A DNA stretch of 64,000 nucleotides from a virus (IMGVR_UViG_3300030376_005231:678-64677), one strand, 5' to 3'; positions 50,907-60,271 are shown, counted from the first letter of the stretch. Notes: generated by a model from the sequence alone, not told the origin. Numbers and translations are program-made.

Positions 50907-51246
50907 TTGGTTTTAAGATTTGATTTGAATTGATGTAATCTAAATATTTGTCAACATTTATAGAGTTTATGTCTATAAATATAGGAAATTCATTTGGTTG
51001 ATTTACATATTCTATTTCAAAAAAGAATGGAACTTTATATTTTAATACTCCTGCTACCTTTTGTGTATACCCTTCAACTTTCGGCAGAAGGTGTATATTG
51101 CACTCTAGCAAAACTATTATCGGAATGCTGTAATCTTCAGGCATATCTCTTAATGCTTCAGCTACATCATCTTCATATTCATAATGACTTACATCATCTT
51201 GAATCAAAAACTCAATCTCCTCTAAAAATTTCTGTGATGCATCCAT
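50872..51246 (-). CDS. Hypothetical acidic protein
   Basis: ORF track. Confidence 0.55.
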   Translation of the reverse strand: MDASQKFLEEIEFLIQDDVSHYEYEDDVAEALRDMPEDYSIPIIVLLECNIHLLPKVEGYTQKVAGVLKYKVPFFFEIEYVNQPNEFPIFIDINSINVDKYLDYINSNQILKPNESILQRIYKS

Positions 51247-51454
51247 GTTCTTCTAATTCTTTTAATCTATATTTTTGTAATGTTGACAGCCTTCCTTTAG
51301 CTGTCTTTACCTCACTAAACAAAACTTGGGAGTTAGGAGGTATTGCCACTAAATCCGGTATTCCGTTTTTATTAGTCTTAACTAATTTTAAAACGTAATA
51401 TCCTTTTGCTTCTAATTCTTTAATTCTTTTGCTTTGTATCTGTTGTTCAGTCAT
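51212..51454 (-). CDS. VRR-NUC nuclease (resolvase-like)
   Basis: EQQIQSK...NKNGIPDL...LFSEVKTAKGRLSTLQKYR. Confidence 0.9.
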   Translation of the reverse strand: MTEQQIQSKRIKELEAKGYYVLKLVKTNKNGIPDLVAIPPNSQVLFSEVKTAKGRLSTLQKYRLKELEEHGCITEIFRGD

Positions 51455-51633
51455 CCGTTTTTTCTATAATCCTCTAAAAATCCAATAAACACTATTAGAT
51501 TCATACTAAGCGATGACATAATCTCAATTACATCATGGTAATTATGAATGGATAGGTGTATGTGTCCTACCACCCAAAAGGGTATTGCTAGGTTTTCGCT
51601 TATCCATATAATTAAAAACCTAACGAACCTCAT
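51451..51633 (-). CDS. Small membrane protein
   Basis: Two hydrophobic segments. Confidence 0.55.
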   Translation of the reverse strand: MRFVRFLIIWISENLAIPFWVVGHIHLSIHNYHDVIEIMSSLSMNLIVFIGFLEDYRKNG

Positions 51634-51634
51634 A

Positions 51635-52867
51635 TTACAAATTTAAGAAATCTCTTTTGAAATGTTTTAAAGTGTAGTCCTTCTTACGGGTAACTGCTTT
51701 ATATATTTTATTTTCTATTCCTTTGTCAGAAAATATCCAATACACATTATTTTTCAATCTATTTTTTGTAGTCATTCTATCTCTCGATTGCCAATAGGAG
51801 GTAGCAGAAAAATCAATGTTATAGTAAACTAATGCATCGGCTTCCTTAAGACTAATACCTTCCCTCCCACTAACAATCTGAAGAGCTATATTTTTATCAG
51901 TCTCTTTGAAGACGCTTAATTCCGTTGAAATGGTCTCCCCATAAACTTCCTTAATAGCATTTAGTTCTTCCTTAAACTTATAAAAGATAGCAATCTTTTT
52001 ATTTGCAAATTTATTTTTAATAAACTTTGCTTTAGATAAGTCTAGAACCATTGAGTTACCACTTTCAAATTTAACTGTTCCTGAATAAATCTGATGAAGT
52101 TTAGACATAAGTTTAACAGGTGTGTCACCCATCAATACTTCTGTGTTACCTTCTACTACTAAATGTTTTTTTAATTTGTTTGCTAACTCGTAAGTTGATT
52201 CTTGTAAGCTAACATACAAAATTTCTTCGATTGTTTCTACCTTAAACCCTGCATTTTTTTGAGAAAAATTTATTGTGTAAGGTTGCATTTTATTAATAAT
52301 ATTTTCATGACCTTTTGAATAGTCTCTTATTTGCAAACCGCCTATTGGTTTTACTACCACCCTAACATAGTCATCAGAAAATCTATAAAAGTTTTTATAT
52401 TTGGAGAATGGATTGTTTGGTATCCCATAGACTTGATGATACATCTGACTAAATGATTCAGGCGTAGGTGTTCCCGATAATAGAACAACGTAAGGATTAC
52501 ATCCTTGAATTAATAGCTTAACTTGTTTAGCTCTCTTGCTTGGTTTAGGAAAAGCTCCCATTGAATGAGCTTCATCACATATGATGACATCCCATTGAGT
52601 GTTAGGTATCTTGTGAATACTTTCGTAATTAATTGTAGTTAAATTAAAGGAAGGATTGAGTAGTTGATAGTCATCTTCTATACTTGATATGGCTTTTTTT
52701 TTAGTAACAAATAACACATTTTTAGGATTAACTTCACTAGCAATACCTAAACTTGTAAGAGTTTTACCTGTCCTTACCTCCATAGCAAGGTAAACAAAAC
52801 CCCTCGTTAGAAGGGTTTGCTTACCAAGTTCTATGATGGTTTTTTGATATGGTCTAAGCTTCAACAT
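51635..52867 (-). CDS. SF2 (SNF2-like) DNA helicase
   Basis: Likely start MLKLRPYQ at 52867; AMEVRTGKT, IICDEAH, LLSGTP, SGREGISL, YWQSRDR. Confidence 0.9.
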   Translation of the reverse strand: MLKLRPYQKTIIELGKQTLLTRGFVYLAMEVRTGKTLTSLGIASEVNPKNVLFVTKKKAISSIEDDYQLLNPSFNLTTINYESIHKIPNTQWDVIICDEAHSMGAFPKPSKRAKQVKLLIQGCNPYVVLLSGTPTPESFSQMYHQVYGIPNNPFSKYKNFYRFSDDYVRVVVKPIGGLQIRDYSKGHENIINKMQPYTINFSQKNAGFKVETIEEILYVSLQESTYELANKLKKHLVVEGNTEVLMGDTPVKLMSKLHQIYSGTVKFESGNSMVLDLSKAKFIKNKFANKKIAIFYKFKEELNAIKEVYGETISTELSVFKETDKNIALQIVSGREGISLKEADALVYYNIDFSATSYWQSRDRMTTKNRLKNNVYWIFSDKGIENKIYKAVTRKKDYTLKHFKRDFLNL

Positions 52868-53265
52868 GTGTAGTAGCTGTTTGCTCTGTACAATCCACAA
52901 TTCCAAGAATCTTTATGAATGCCTTTAACAATGGCAGTCAAATGTGTTCTTGTGTGAATGATGTAACTTCGCTTCTTGTCTGCAGGAAACTTTCTTACCT
53001 CTATGGTTCTGTTCTTGCTGCATCGCTTAGGACTCTTTTTGTACCATCCTTTAGAATTTAGATACACACCATAAGTCTCTTCTGAGTTTGGTAAGTTTAA
53101 AGTTTTCTTAGAGAGTTCAAGAAGGTCGTTCCACACTTGTTTGTAAGGAATCCCTGTAGCATGTGCAATTGCTCTAAATACGCAATCACCCACCTGAGCT
53201 GATTTCTTAGTTTTCATAGGAACGAGTTTTTCTCTACCCCCGTAACTTTTTTCAAATTTGTTCAT
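52861..53265 (-). CDS. Hypothetical protein with GDCV.RAIA...HLTAI...DSWNC motif
   Basis: Cys/His/Asp spacing resembles a papain-like triad; own full promoter. Confidence 0.6.
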   Translation of the reverse strand: MNKFEKSYGGREKLVPMKTKKSAQVGDCVFRAIAHATGIPYKQVWNDLLELSKKTLNLPNSEETYGVYLNSKGWYKKSPKRCSKNRTIEVRKFPADKKRSYIIHTRTHLTAIVKGIHKDSWNCGLYRANSYYTC

Positions 53266-53307
53266 AATGTTATTTGTTTGAATTGTTTAACTAATATTAG
53301 TTGACTA

Positions 53308-53339
53308 CAAATATACGAAATTTAAACGACAATTCCAAA
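53308..53339 (-). promoter_or_regulatory. Bacteroidota sigma-70-type promoter
   Basis: TTTG-N20-TATATTTG on - strand. Confidence 0.8.
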
Positions 53340-53352
53340 TCCATTCGTATAA

Positions 53353-53601
53353 TTAAATTTTTCTATATTTATTTTTTGTCCAATTGTCTAACATATTTTT
53401 TATGTCCTGACATTTTTCGTAATCTTCTATATCCATAAAATATTGTAACATATTTTCTAGTACCTCTCTTTTTAAAGGATTGTTGATGTCGTGTGCAAAC
53501 CATCCATCTTCTAGAATATTTTTTACATCTATATAAATGTCTTTTATAATTAAGTTATAAGAATTTATCATGGCTTTATATACCATTTCTTCATCATCCA
53601 T
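53353..53601 (-). CDS. Hypothetical protein with UVR-like C-terminal motif
   Basis: LENMLQYF.DIEDYEKCQ.IK. Confidence 0.6.
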   Translation of the reverse strand: MDDEEMVYKAMINSYNLIIKDIYIDVKNILEDGWFAHDINNPLKREVLENMLQYFMDIEDYEKCQDIKNMLDNWTKNKYRKI

Positions 53602-56021
53602 TATAAATCCATTTTTGTATTATATTCTAATTCATGTTTGCTTCTGAATCTAATCCATTTACCTGCTGCATCTCTTCCCTCTTCAGGAGGTACGCCTTGT
53701 TTGAATATTCCATAAGCTGTTAACCATTTATAAAATCTTGTTCTTGAAATTGTCATTTTAGCCTTCGGTCCATAATCAGGATTTTCTTCTATAAAGTTAA
53801 AATACAAATCTTGTTTGCGAATTGATACCTGTGTTCTCAGTAGTTCGTTAGGTTCATGACCGGTAATTAATCCACACCATTCAATAAAGTCATGAGAGGT
53901 TTCAGCAGACAGCTGTCTTACTTTTAGATTTACAAATACAGATTGCATTAATCCGTTTTCTAAATAAAGCTGTAAACATTTAATCATATAGTTGTCAAAC
54001 TCACACCACATATCCTCATCCCAATCTCCAAACATTAATTTTCCAAATTCATCGAGAGGTGTAAAAGCTTTGTTATAATACTGATGTAGTTCTAGTTCCC
54101 ACTTTCTTCTTGCAAAAGAATTACCTGCACCTTTTATTGCATAGTTTGTAGTGATAGCAATTTTAGGAGATTTACTAAATGGTATTTTGATTGCATCTTT
54201 GTTCTTTTTTTCAAGCGTCAAACCTTCTGTAATTAAACTAAATAATCTCTCAAAATCAAAGTATTTTTTAACATCATCAAAACATAATATTTGTGTATCT
54301 GCTGAAACTAGCTGATATGCGAAGGAACGTTCAAATGTAAAACTCTTTCCATCTATAGTTACTAATTTTTTCATATGTGATAATGCATTCATAAATAATC
54401 CCTTGCCTGTTCCACCTTCAGGATTGTCACTAATTACCTCATCATTCAAAATTACAGCAGGACAAAATGATAGATTTTTGTATCCATGCATTAGAAATCC
54501 AATTGTAGATTCCATAGATTTTATTCTGCTTTCATTTTTAGCACAGATGTTTTCTATAAATTTTTTATAATCACAATTGTCAATTTTACATTCATTAAAG
54601 TCTCTGTCAATAACATGGTCTTTCCAAACAAAACCTCCTAAATCAATGTAGTCTATCATTGTTAAAGAACCTTTAGTTATTTTTACAGCACAATTTTTGT
54701 AATACAAATAGGATGTATCTTTACTATCAGCTATAAAGTATATGTTTACAGATGATAACAATGTTAAAAATTCATCTTTAAAAAATCTAGTTTGGTCTGC
54801 AAAGTAATTATAGATAGACAAATCATCTAGCTCAATTAATCCGCTCAATATAAAATCTTTAATTTCTTTTTCAGTAGTATGGTCTATAAGATTATTCTGT
54901 ACTCTAACAAATACATAATTTTTACTACCTTCAGGACAAAATTTATAGAATCCATTATCTTCTAAGTATTCTTTAAATAAAACATGTACTATTTTAATAG
55001 TTCCCTTATCGTTTTTTACCCAAAAAGTTTGATTATTATTAGACTCTTCAGCCTTGTTTAAGACTGAATCTATAATTTTAGAATCTAAGTTTGATTCTTC
55101 TAATTGAGTTCTTATTTCTTTTTTTGAAACACCTCTTCTTAATTTAGCTTTTACAGAATTTACCCTGTCTTCATCCATATAAAATTTAGTTCCAAAATTT
55201 GCTGTATTAGAATAAGCAGAATCAATAGTTCTTTCTATCTCCCTAGTTGGAAAATCTTTTGTACTAAATTGCCCAAGAACATAAGATGCTAAACTTTTAT
55301 TAATACCAAAATCATTAAGAGCTGAAGCTAACACAAAAGTATTTTGATTTCTTTGTCCTGAAGACATTGGATATTTTTTTGTCCACCATTTTAATAATAT
55401 ATCTACTATTTTATTTTCATCTGTAATAGGAATTGTTAAAGGGTCTACGTTTACATTTACTTCTACATATTCTTCTTCTTCAATTTTATCCCAAAGTTTA
55501 GAATTTTTATTGATGAAAATAATTGGGTCATATGATTCATAACAAACCCTTGATATATTTTTACAAGTCTTGTCAAAGTATTCAGAGTTAAAATACTTCT
55601 CTAATGAATTAAAGTATTTAGTGTGATTCTCTGCATCAGCAGGTATTTTAATTAAAACCTTTAATCCATTTCCTGATGGAGATATAAATACAGCGTACAC
55701 AAATTTGTTGTTGGATAAACTTTCTTTGTCTTGCATTAAGGTTTTAAAGTTGGGGTAACCATCAAAATCCAAACAAATAAATCCACTATGTTGAACGATG
55801 GATGTATCGGTTCTTTTGTTGAATATACCTGAAAAACATATAGCAGGTAATTTCTTTTTTATTTCGTTTCTTTCTGCTTTTTTCTTAAGTTTTCTAATTT
55901 GTTGCACAAGTGCCTTAGAATCAGAACCATCCTTTATTCTGTTTAGTATAACATCTATGTCTACATGGTAAGGAGCGATGGTTTCTTTAATATTTTTGAA
56001 GATTGTTACTTTCTGTGTCAT
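53601..56021 (-). CDS. Primase-helicase (VirE-N/BT4734-like + PriCT-1 + SF3-like helicase)
   Basis: KKKLPAICFSG.F, SGFICLDFD, FISPSGNGLK; GQRNQNTFVLA; Walker A GGTGKGLF, ILCFDDV, IAITTNY. Confidence 0.88.
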   Translation of the reverse strand: MTQKVTIFKNIKETIAPYHVDIDVILNRIKDGSDSKALVQQIRKLKKKAERNEIKKKLPAICFSGIFNKRTDTSIVQHSGFICLDFDGYPNFKTLMQDKESLSNNKFVYAVFISPSGNGLKVLIKIPADAENHTKYFNSLEKYFNSEYFDKTCKNISRVCYESYDPIIFINKNSKLWDKIEEEEYVEVNVNVDPLTIPITDENKIVDILLKWWTKKYPMSSGQRNQNTFVLASALNDFGINKSLASYVLGQFSTKDFPTREIERTIDSAYSNTANFGTKFYMDEDRVNSVKAKLRRGVSKKEIRTQLEESNLDSKIIDSVLNKAEESNNNQTFWVKNDKGTIKIVHVLFKEYLEDNGFYKFCPEGSKNYVFVRVQNNLIDHTTEKEIKDFILSGLIELDDLSIYNYFADQTRFFKDEFLTLLSSVNIYFIADSKDTSYLYYKNCAVKITKGSLTMIDYIDLGGFVWKDHVIDRDFNECKIDNCDYKKFIENICAKNESRIKSMESTIGFLMHGYKNLSFCPAVILNDEVISDNPEGGTGKGLFMNALSHMKKLVTIDGKSFTFERSFAYQLVSADTQILCFDDVKKYFDFERLFSLITEGLTLEKKNKDAIKIPFSKSPKIAITTNYAIKGAGNSFARRKWELELHQYYNKAFTPLDEFGKLMFGDWDEDMWCEFDNYMIKCLQLYLENGLMQSVFVNLKVRQLSAETSHDFIEWCGLITGHEPNELLRTQVSIRKQDLYFNFIEENPDYGPKAKMTISRTRFYKWLTAYGIFKQGVPPEEGRDAAGKWIRFRSKHELEYNTKMDL

Positions 56022-56197
56022 TTTAATGTTGATTTTATGTTGATTAAATTCTTATAAGTCGTTGATTATCAGTATAAGTGTTGAAAATGTAGTATATAAT
56101 AGTTTTTAAGAGTCAGAAAAAATAAATATAATTATAAAAAATCTTAATAGCTCTATAGAGAATGATAAAACTGACATTTCAACACAAAAAAAAGCTG

Positions 56198-56220
56198 AAA
56201 AAAGGAGGATTTCTCCTCCC
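56198..56220 (-). terminator. Rho-independent terminator after SSB gene
   Basis: GGAGGA-GAAA-TCCTCC-T6 on - strand. Confidence 0.8.
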
Positions 56221-56243
56221 TAATTCAACAAACAAAAACAAAC

Positions 56244-56513
56244 TTAAAAAGGTAAATCTGCATCTACCTTCGATGTTTCTTCTTTAGTTAGTTTTGGTAA
56301 TTCTCCATCATCCTTTACATATGGAGGAGACATTTTAATACTTACATATTTTTCTCCTGCTTGTGTGGTTGATGTCCATCCTGCTAACTCCACAACATTA
56401 CCTTCTAATGTTGTCGCAGAACCTACCATATCAGGTTTTGCATCAGAATCTTTGTATTGATTCTTAAACAAACTCCCTGACCCTGCTTTGTGTACATACT
56501 TTTCTTTGCTCAT
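56244..56513 (-). CDS. Putative single-stranded DNA-binding protein (DUF736-like)
   Basis: GSLFKN..K....PDM.G...ELAGW...GEKYVSIKM; acidic tail ending DLPF. Confidence 0.75.
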   Translation of the reverse strand: MSKEKYVHKAGSGSLFKNQYKDSDAKPDMVGSATTLEGNVVELAGWTSTTQAGEKYVSIKMSPPYVKDDGELPKLTKEETSKVDADLPF

Positions 56514-56700
56514 TTTTTTTAATTTTTATTGTTCGTTCCAAATGATTGATTGTTTCGATAATAAAATCAGTTTTATCATCTATACTATTAAAGGACATTG
56601 GAACTTCTATCCACATTATAGTACCTTTTGGAGTCTTTTTAGGAATGTATCTAGATACAATCTTCCACAAAGAACTCATTAATTTTTTCAGTTGCGTCAT
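56464..56700 (-). CDS. Hypothetical protein
   Basis: ORF track; start uncertain. Confidence 0.5.
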   Translation of the reverse strand: MTQLKKLMSSLWKIVSRYIPKKTPKGTIMWIEVPMSFNSIDDKTDFIIETINHLERTIKIKKNEQRKVCTQSRVREFV

Positions 56701-57373
56701 CAGAATAATATTTGTTATAAATTTCAGTTGCTTTTTTTACTTTTTCTTCTCCGTTTGATAATGCTTCAGGACTGACATCCCACCAAGATAATACTTTATG
56801 GTTCTTGTCAATCACTAAAAACTTTACAGGTTTACCAAACAGCTGTTGATATATATATGCTTGGCTATCATAATTATAATAAAAGCTATTGCGTTTAAAT
56901 TTAAAACTATCGCTTGATGTCTTTAAATCTATGACATAGTCTTTAGTAATTATATCAGCTTTGCCTTTCCAAAGATTTCCATGTAGCTCTGCAACAGCAG
57001 GAATCTCATACCTATTTGCAGGGTCATATATTAAAGATGCAAAGTGTTTGTTTGAATCAATAGTGTTAACCCACGATTTTATCTCTTTAGCTTCTTTCTC
57101 TAACAATAACATACTACCATCAGCACTTGCTTCTTTATATGCTTTAGTTGTTCTTGATGATACATCAATGATTGGAAAGTCTTTAGCTTTTTCAGGCTCT
57201 AGTATAAGCTGATGGAAATATCTACCTGCTAAAAAATTTTTATTATCCCCTTCATTTTTTTGAAATAAAGCAGGATGTTTTAACAGCTGACCAATATTTG
57301 AATTAGATAAATACTTCTTACCTACACCATTGTAGTATTCATGGTCATCTTTAAGTTGTTCTAGTATATCCAT
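56651..57373 (-). CDS. PD-(D/E)xK exonuclease (RecE/exonuclease VIII-like)
   Basis: LSNSNI, GRYFHQLILEP, WKGKAD, VIDLKTS, Y.YDSQAYIYQ. Confidence 0.88.
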   Translation of the reverse strand: MDILEQLKDDHEYYNGVGKKYLSNSNIGQLLKHPALFQKNEGDNKNFLAGRYFHQLILEPEKAKDFPIIDVSSRTTKAYKEASADGSMLLLEKEAKEIKSWVNTIDSNKHFASLIYDPANRYEIPAVAELHGNLWKGKADIITKDYVIDLKTSSDSFKFKRNSFYYNYDSQAYIYQQLFGKPVKFLVIDKNHKVLSWWDVSPEALSNGEEKVKKATEIYNKYYSDDATEKINEFFVEDCI

Positions 57374-57375
57374 GT

Positions 57376-57912
57376 TTATTTTATTAAAGACCTAACTTGT
57401 TTCTGTGTGTATGCATAATTATTTTCATCTAAATAATTTATAACAAACGCCATATTTTTATCTTCAGAACTTAATGATGCTATCCACTTTAAAAACATTG
57501 GTATATCTATATCTCTTTTTTCTTTAGGTTGAGACACAGGATATAAAGAAGGAGCAGTTTGTAATTCTTTCTGTTGGTCTTTTGCATTTTTAACTTCCTG
57601 AACAGAAGCTATTCCTGAATCTATTCCGATTCCAAAGTTAGCCAAAGCTCTACCCCATGCAGATGTTTCACAATTTTCAATGTGTGATGTTTTATTAATA
57701 AAACCTACACCTTTGATTTCCTCAGCTAAACCTGTTGCTACTATTTTACCTTCTGCATTAGAGATAACACCTTGAAGAAGAATAGAATTTTCAGTTTTCT
57801 CAATAACTTCTGTAACTAATGAAAAGTCTTTGTAGTTGTTTCTGAAATACTTTAGTCTTTCATGTACTTCAACATAATCTTTTCCTTGAATTTTAATTGT
57901 TTTTAATTTCAT
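57376..57912 (-). CDS. Single-strand annealing protein (Rad52/Sak-like)
   Basis: GKDYVEVHERLKYFR, INKTSHIENCETSAWGRALANFGIG; adjacent to exonuclease. Confidence 0.8.
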   Translation of the reverse strand: MKLKTIKIQGKDYVEVHERLKYFRNNYKDFSLVTEVIEKTENSILLQGVISNAEGKIVATGLAEEIKGVGFINKTSHIENCETSAWGRALANFGIGIDSGIASVQEVKNAKDQQKELQTAPSLYPVSQPKEKRDIDIPMFLKWIASLSSEDKNMAFVINYLDENNYAYTQKQVRSLIK

Positions 57913-57917
57913 AATAT

Positions 57918-58322
57918 TTATTTGATTGAATTAAACTTGTGTGAAACTTTGGAAAAACGATTTAATATTCTTTGTCTGTTTGATTTAAGACTTTGAATGT
58001 GTTTTGCGTTCTTACGAGTATTCACTTCCTCTCTTATTTTACGTTCTATTATATCTAATTTTGAACGATAATTAGACAAAGCTAATGAAAAAACTCCATA
58101 TCTCCATCCTTTTTCTATAAAAATTTTGATTGCATCGTCAGTAGCTAGTGTATAAAAATCTCCACCTTTAGTGGTGTTGTGTATAGAAATCTTTCCTGTC
58201 AAATGTATTTTTTCTATCCTAATTCCGTATAAGATTCTAGCTTCAGTACCATCTCCATCTAATGAAGCTGAGTAGTGGTCATCTTTGGCTTGTTTAAATA
58301 TTTGTTCTAGAGAGTAACACAT
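57918..58322 (-). CDS. Hypothetical protein
   Basis: ORF track. Confidence 0.6.
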   Translation of the reverse strand: MCYSLEQIFKQAKDDHYSASLDGDGTEARILYGIRIEKIHLTGKISIHNTTKGGDFYTLATDDAIKIFIEKGWRYGVFSLALSNYRSKLDIIERKIREEVNTRKNAKHIQSLKSNRQRILNRFSKVSHKFNSIK

Positions 58323-58615
58323 TCTTCTATTTTATTACACACAGCTATAAAATCTTTATCTTTTAACTTGTTTTGGTCTACTGATTTTAATCCATGTATA
58401 ATAGATGAATGAGTAATTTGATATCCACTATCTTTCATATATGTTTCTATGTATGCTATACGCATAGGTCTTTGTCTACATAAATAATATAACATATGCC
58501 TAGCATCTACAACATGCTTTGATTTATCTTTTGTAAATAATTGTTCTGTGGAAATGTCGTGTGCCTTAGCTACACTTTGAGCGTATTGATTAAATACATT
58601 TTTTTTATAATTCAT
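58307..58615 (-). CDS. DnaA domain IV-like HTH protein
   Basis: ISTEQLFTKDKSKHVVDARHMLYYLCR...ITHSSIIHGLKSV. Confidence 0.75.
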   Translation of the reverse strand: MNYKKNVFNQYAQSVAKAHDISTEQLFTKDKSKHVVDARHMLYYLCRQRPMRIAYIETYMKDSGYQITHSSIIHGLKSVDQNKLKDKDFIAVCNKIEECVTL

Positions 58616-58730
58616 TTTATTTGATTGGATTAAATTAGTGAGGGGTCTAAAACATTTAATATTAAGGATATCTTTATATCCGATTAAGTTAATAATTAGC
58701 GACCCCTCTACTAACCAACATTATGAACTG

Positions 58731-58762
58731 CAAATATAATAATAGTTTATTTCTTGTGCAAA
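58731..58762 (-). promoter_or_regulatory. Bacteroidota sigma-70-type promoter
   Basis: TTTG-N20-TATATTTG on - strand. Confidence 0.8.
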
Positions 58763-59070
58763 TTTTCTCTTGCAATAATTAATAAAATTAAGTAGCCACA
58801 CAAATCAAATAGGGTATCTTCTGTTGCATCCGATAATCCTCTGTTTTTTATTCTAGATAATTTGTCATCTATTCTAGCTGATAATCCTTCTACTGCATTA
58901 CCTTTAGCAAATATGTTTACAGGTGTTAAAGCTGAATTACCATACGCACTATTCTTTTCTAGTAGCATATGATATACTTTTGCTGACACTTCTTTTATCT
59001 TATCCTCGTTTGGATTTTTTTGTTTAGCCATTTTTAATATTTCTTTTCCGTTGTTTGCAAAATGATTCAT
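58747..59070 (-). CDS. DUF1599 / nucleotide-modification-associated domain 1 protein
   Basis: LLEKNSAYGNS...RIDDKLSRIK...DTLFDLCGYLILLII. Confidence 0.8.
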   Translation of the reverse strand: MNHFANNGKEILKMAKQKNPNEDKIKEVSAKVYHMLLEKNSAYGNSALTPVNIFAKGNAVEGLSARIDDKLSRIKNRGLSDATEDTLFDLCGYLILLIIARENLHKK

Positions 59071-59072
59071 AT

Positions 59073-59477
59073 TTATATTTGATTAGTTGGGTCTTTAGCA
59101 TATGAAAATACAATTAATTCAGATGCAAAATTATATAAGTCTTTTTCAGCTTCATCTTTTGTTTTGTAAGAATTAAAGTTGTTGTAATATCTCATATAAT
59201 ATTGTTTGCCTAATTGTTGAATTACAAAGCCACCTACATATCGGTATACAGCTGTTGCATCTTTTTCTATAACTAATCCCATGTCGGTAATTGATATGTC
59301 TGATTCGTAATAGTTTTTATTATATACAGAAGGTTTCATCTTTCTGCCTGTTGCCTTAAATTTAGAAAAGGACATTGGCTTCTTTGCACAATTAAATTGT
59401 TGAACTTTCTGTATGTAAGATTTGTTTGGTTTCTTTTGTAGCTTTTCATTAAGCACATCTTGGTTTAATATATTCAT
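59073..59477 (-). CDS. Hypothetical protein
   Basis: ORF track. Confidence 0.6.
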   Translation of the reverse strand: MNILNQDVLNEKLQKKPNKSYIQKVQQFNCAKKPMSFSKFKATGRKMKPSVYNKNYYESDISITDMGLVIEKDATAVYRYVGGFVIQQLGKQYYMRYYNNFNSYKTKDEAEKDLYNFASELIVFSYAKDPTNQI

Positions 59478-59484
59478 AGTTTAT

Positions 59485-59661
59485 TTATTTTAATGCATCT
59501 TTGGATTTAACCCACCATTGACCATCTATTAATTTTTTTTCTATCTTGTTCCAATCGTTAAAGATTTTCTTTTTTGATTGTCGGTGTTCGTTTACAAACT
59601 TACGCAATCTTTTATTCTCTTTAACTTGGTTCAAGTACATTGTAAATATTTTGTTATCCAT
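59485..59661 (-). CDS. Hypothetical protein
   Basis: Start re-assigned to MDNKIF, since the upstream ATG lies inside a terminator. Confidence 0.55.
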   Translation of the reverse strand: MDNKIFTMYLNQVKENKRLRKFVNEHRQSKKKIFNDWNKIEKKLIDGQWWVKSKDALK

Positions 59662-59671
59662 AATTTGATAT

Positions 59672-59699
59672 AAAAAAAGAGGAGACATAAGTCTCCTCT
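59672..59699 (-). terminator. Rho-independent terminator
   Basis: AGAGGAGAC-TTAT-GTCTCCTCT followed by a T tract on - strand. Confidence 0.88.
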
Positions 59700-59717
59700 A
59701 AATTAAAATTCAGTTAA

Positions 59718-59981
59718 TTAAAATGGTAAGTCATCATATGCGTAAACTTCAGGATTGCCTAAAACAGCAGGCTCTTCGTTTACTAATGTAACTTCATGCA
59801 AATCAATGTTTGGTGTGTTGTCGTTGTCTTTCTGTAATGCTCTCTCAAAATGTTCTGTTGTTGAGATTTCACAGATGACATGCGTTGCACCTTTCTTTTT
59901 GATTGTAATTGAATTGTTTGAATTGAATACGATATCTATTCCACTTGGTGCAAAGATATCAAAATAAGGATTTCTACTCAT
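59718..59981 (-). CDS. Hypothetical protein ending DDLPF
   Basis: ORF track; SSB-like acidic C-terminal tip. Confidence 0.6.
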   Translation of the reverse strand: MSRNPYFDIFAPSGIDIVFNSNNSITIKKKGATHVICEISTTEHFERALQKDNDNTPNIDLHEVTLVNEEPAVLGNPEVYAYDDLPF

Positions 59982-60040
59982 AATATTTATTTAATTTGAT
60001 TTATAATTAGTACAAAAATAGTATAAAAAATTTACAATTC

Positions 60041-60271
60041 CTAATTTTTAGAATAATATTTTTTTAATTTATATTTTTTCATGTCATTTTTTACAGGAAT
60101 ATATTTTTCAAAGACCCTGTGTAATGGTGTAACTTCAATCAGCTTGTTATTCAATTCCTGTTTACCACTATATTTAAAGTAATGGTCGAACTCAATTGTG
60201 TTGAGTTTGTGAAGCTGAAGCTCTGTTAATTTTTTCTTTTCAGAATTTATAAGGTAATGTGATAGATTCAT
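60041..60271 (-). CDS. Hypothetical protein
   Basis: Likely start MNLSHYL (ATGA coupling with upstream gene). Confidence 0.5.
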   Translation of the reverse strand: MNLSHYLINSEKKKLTELQLHKLNTIEFDHYFKYSGKQELNNKLIEVTPLHRVFEKYIPVKNDMKKYKLKKYYSKN

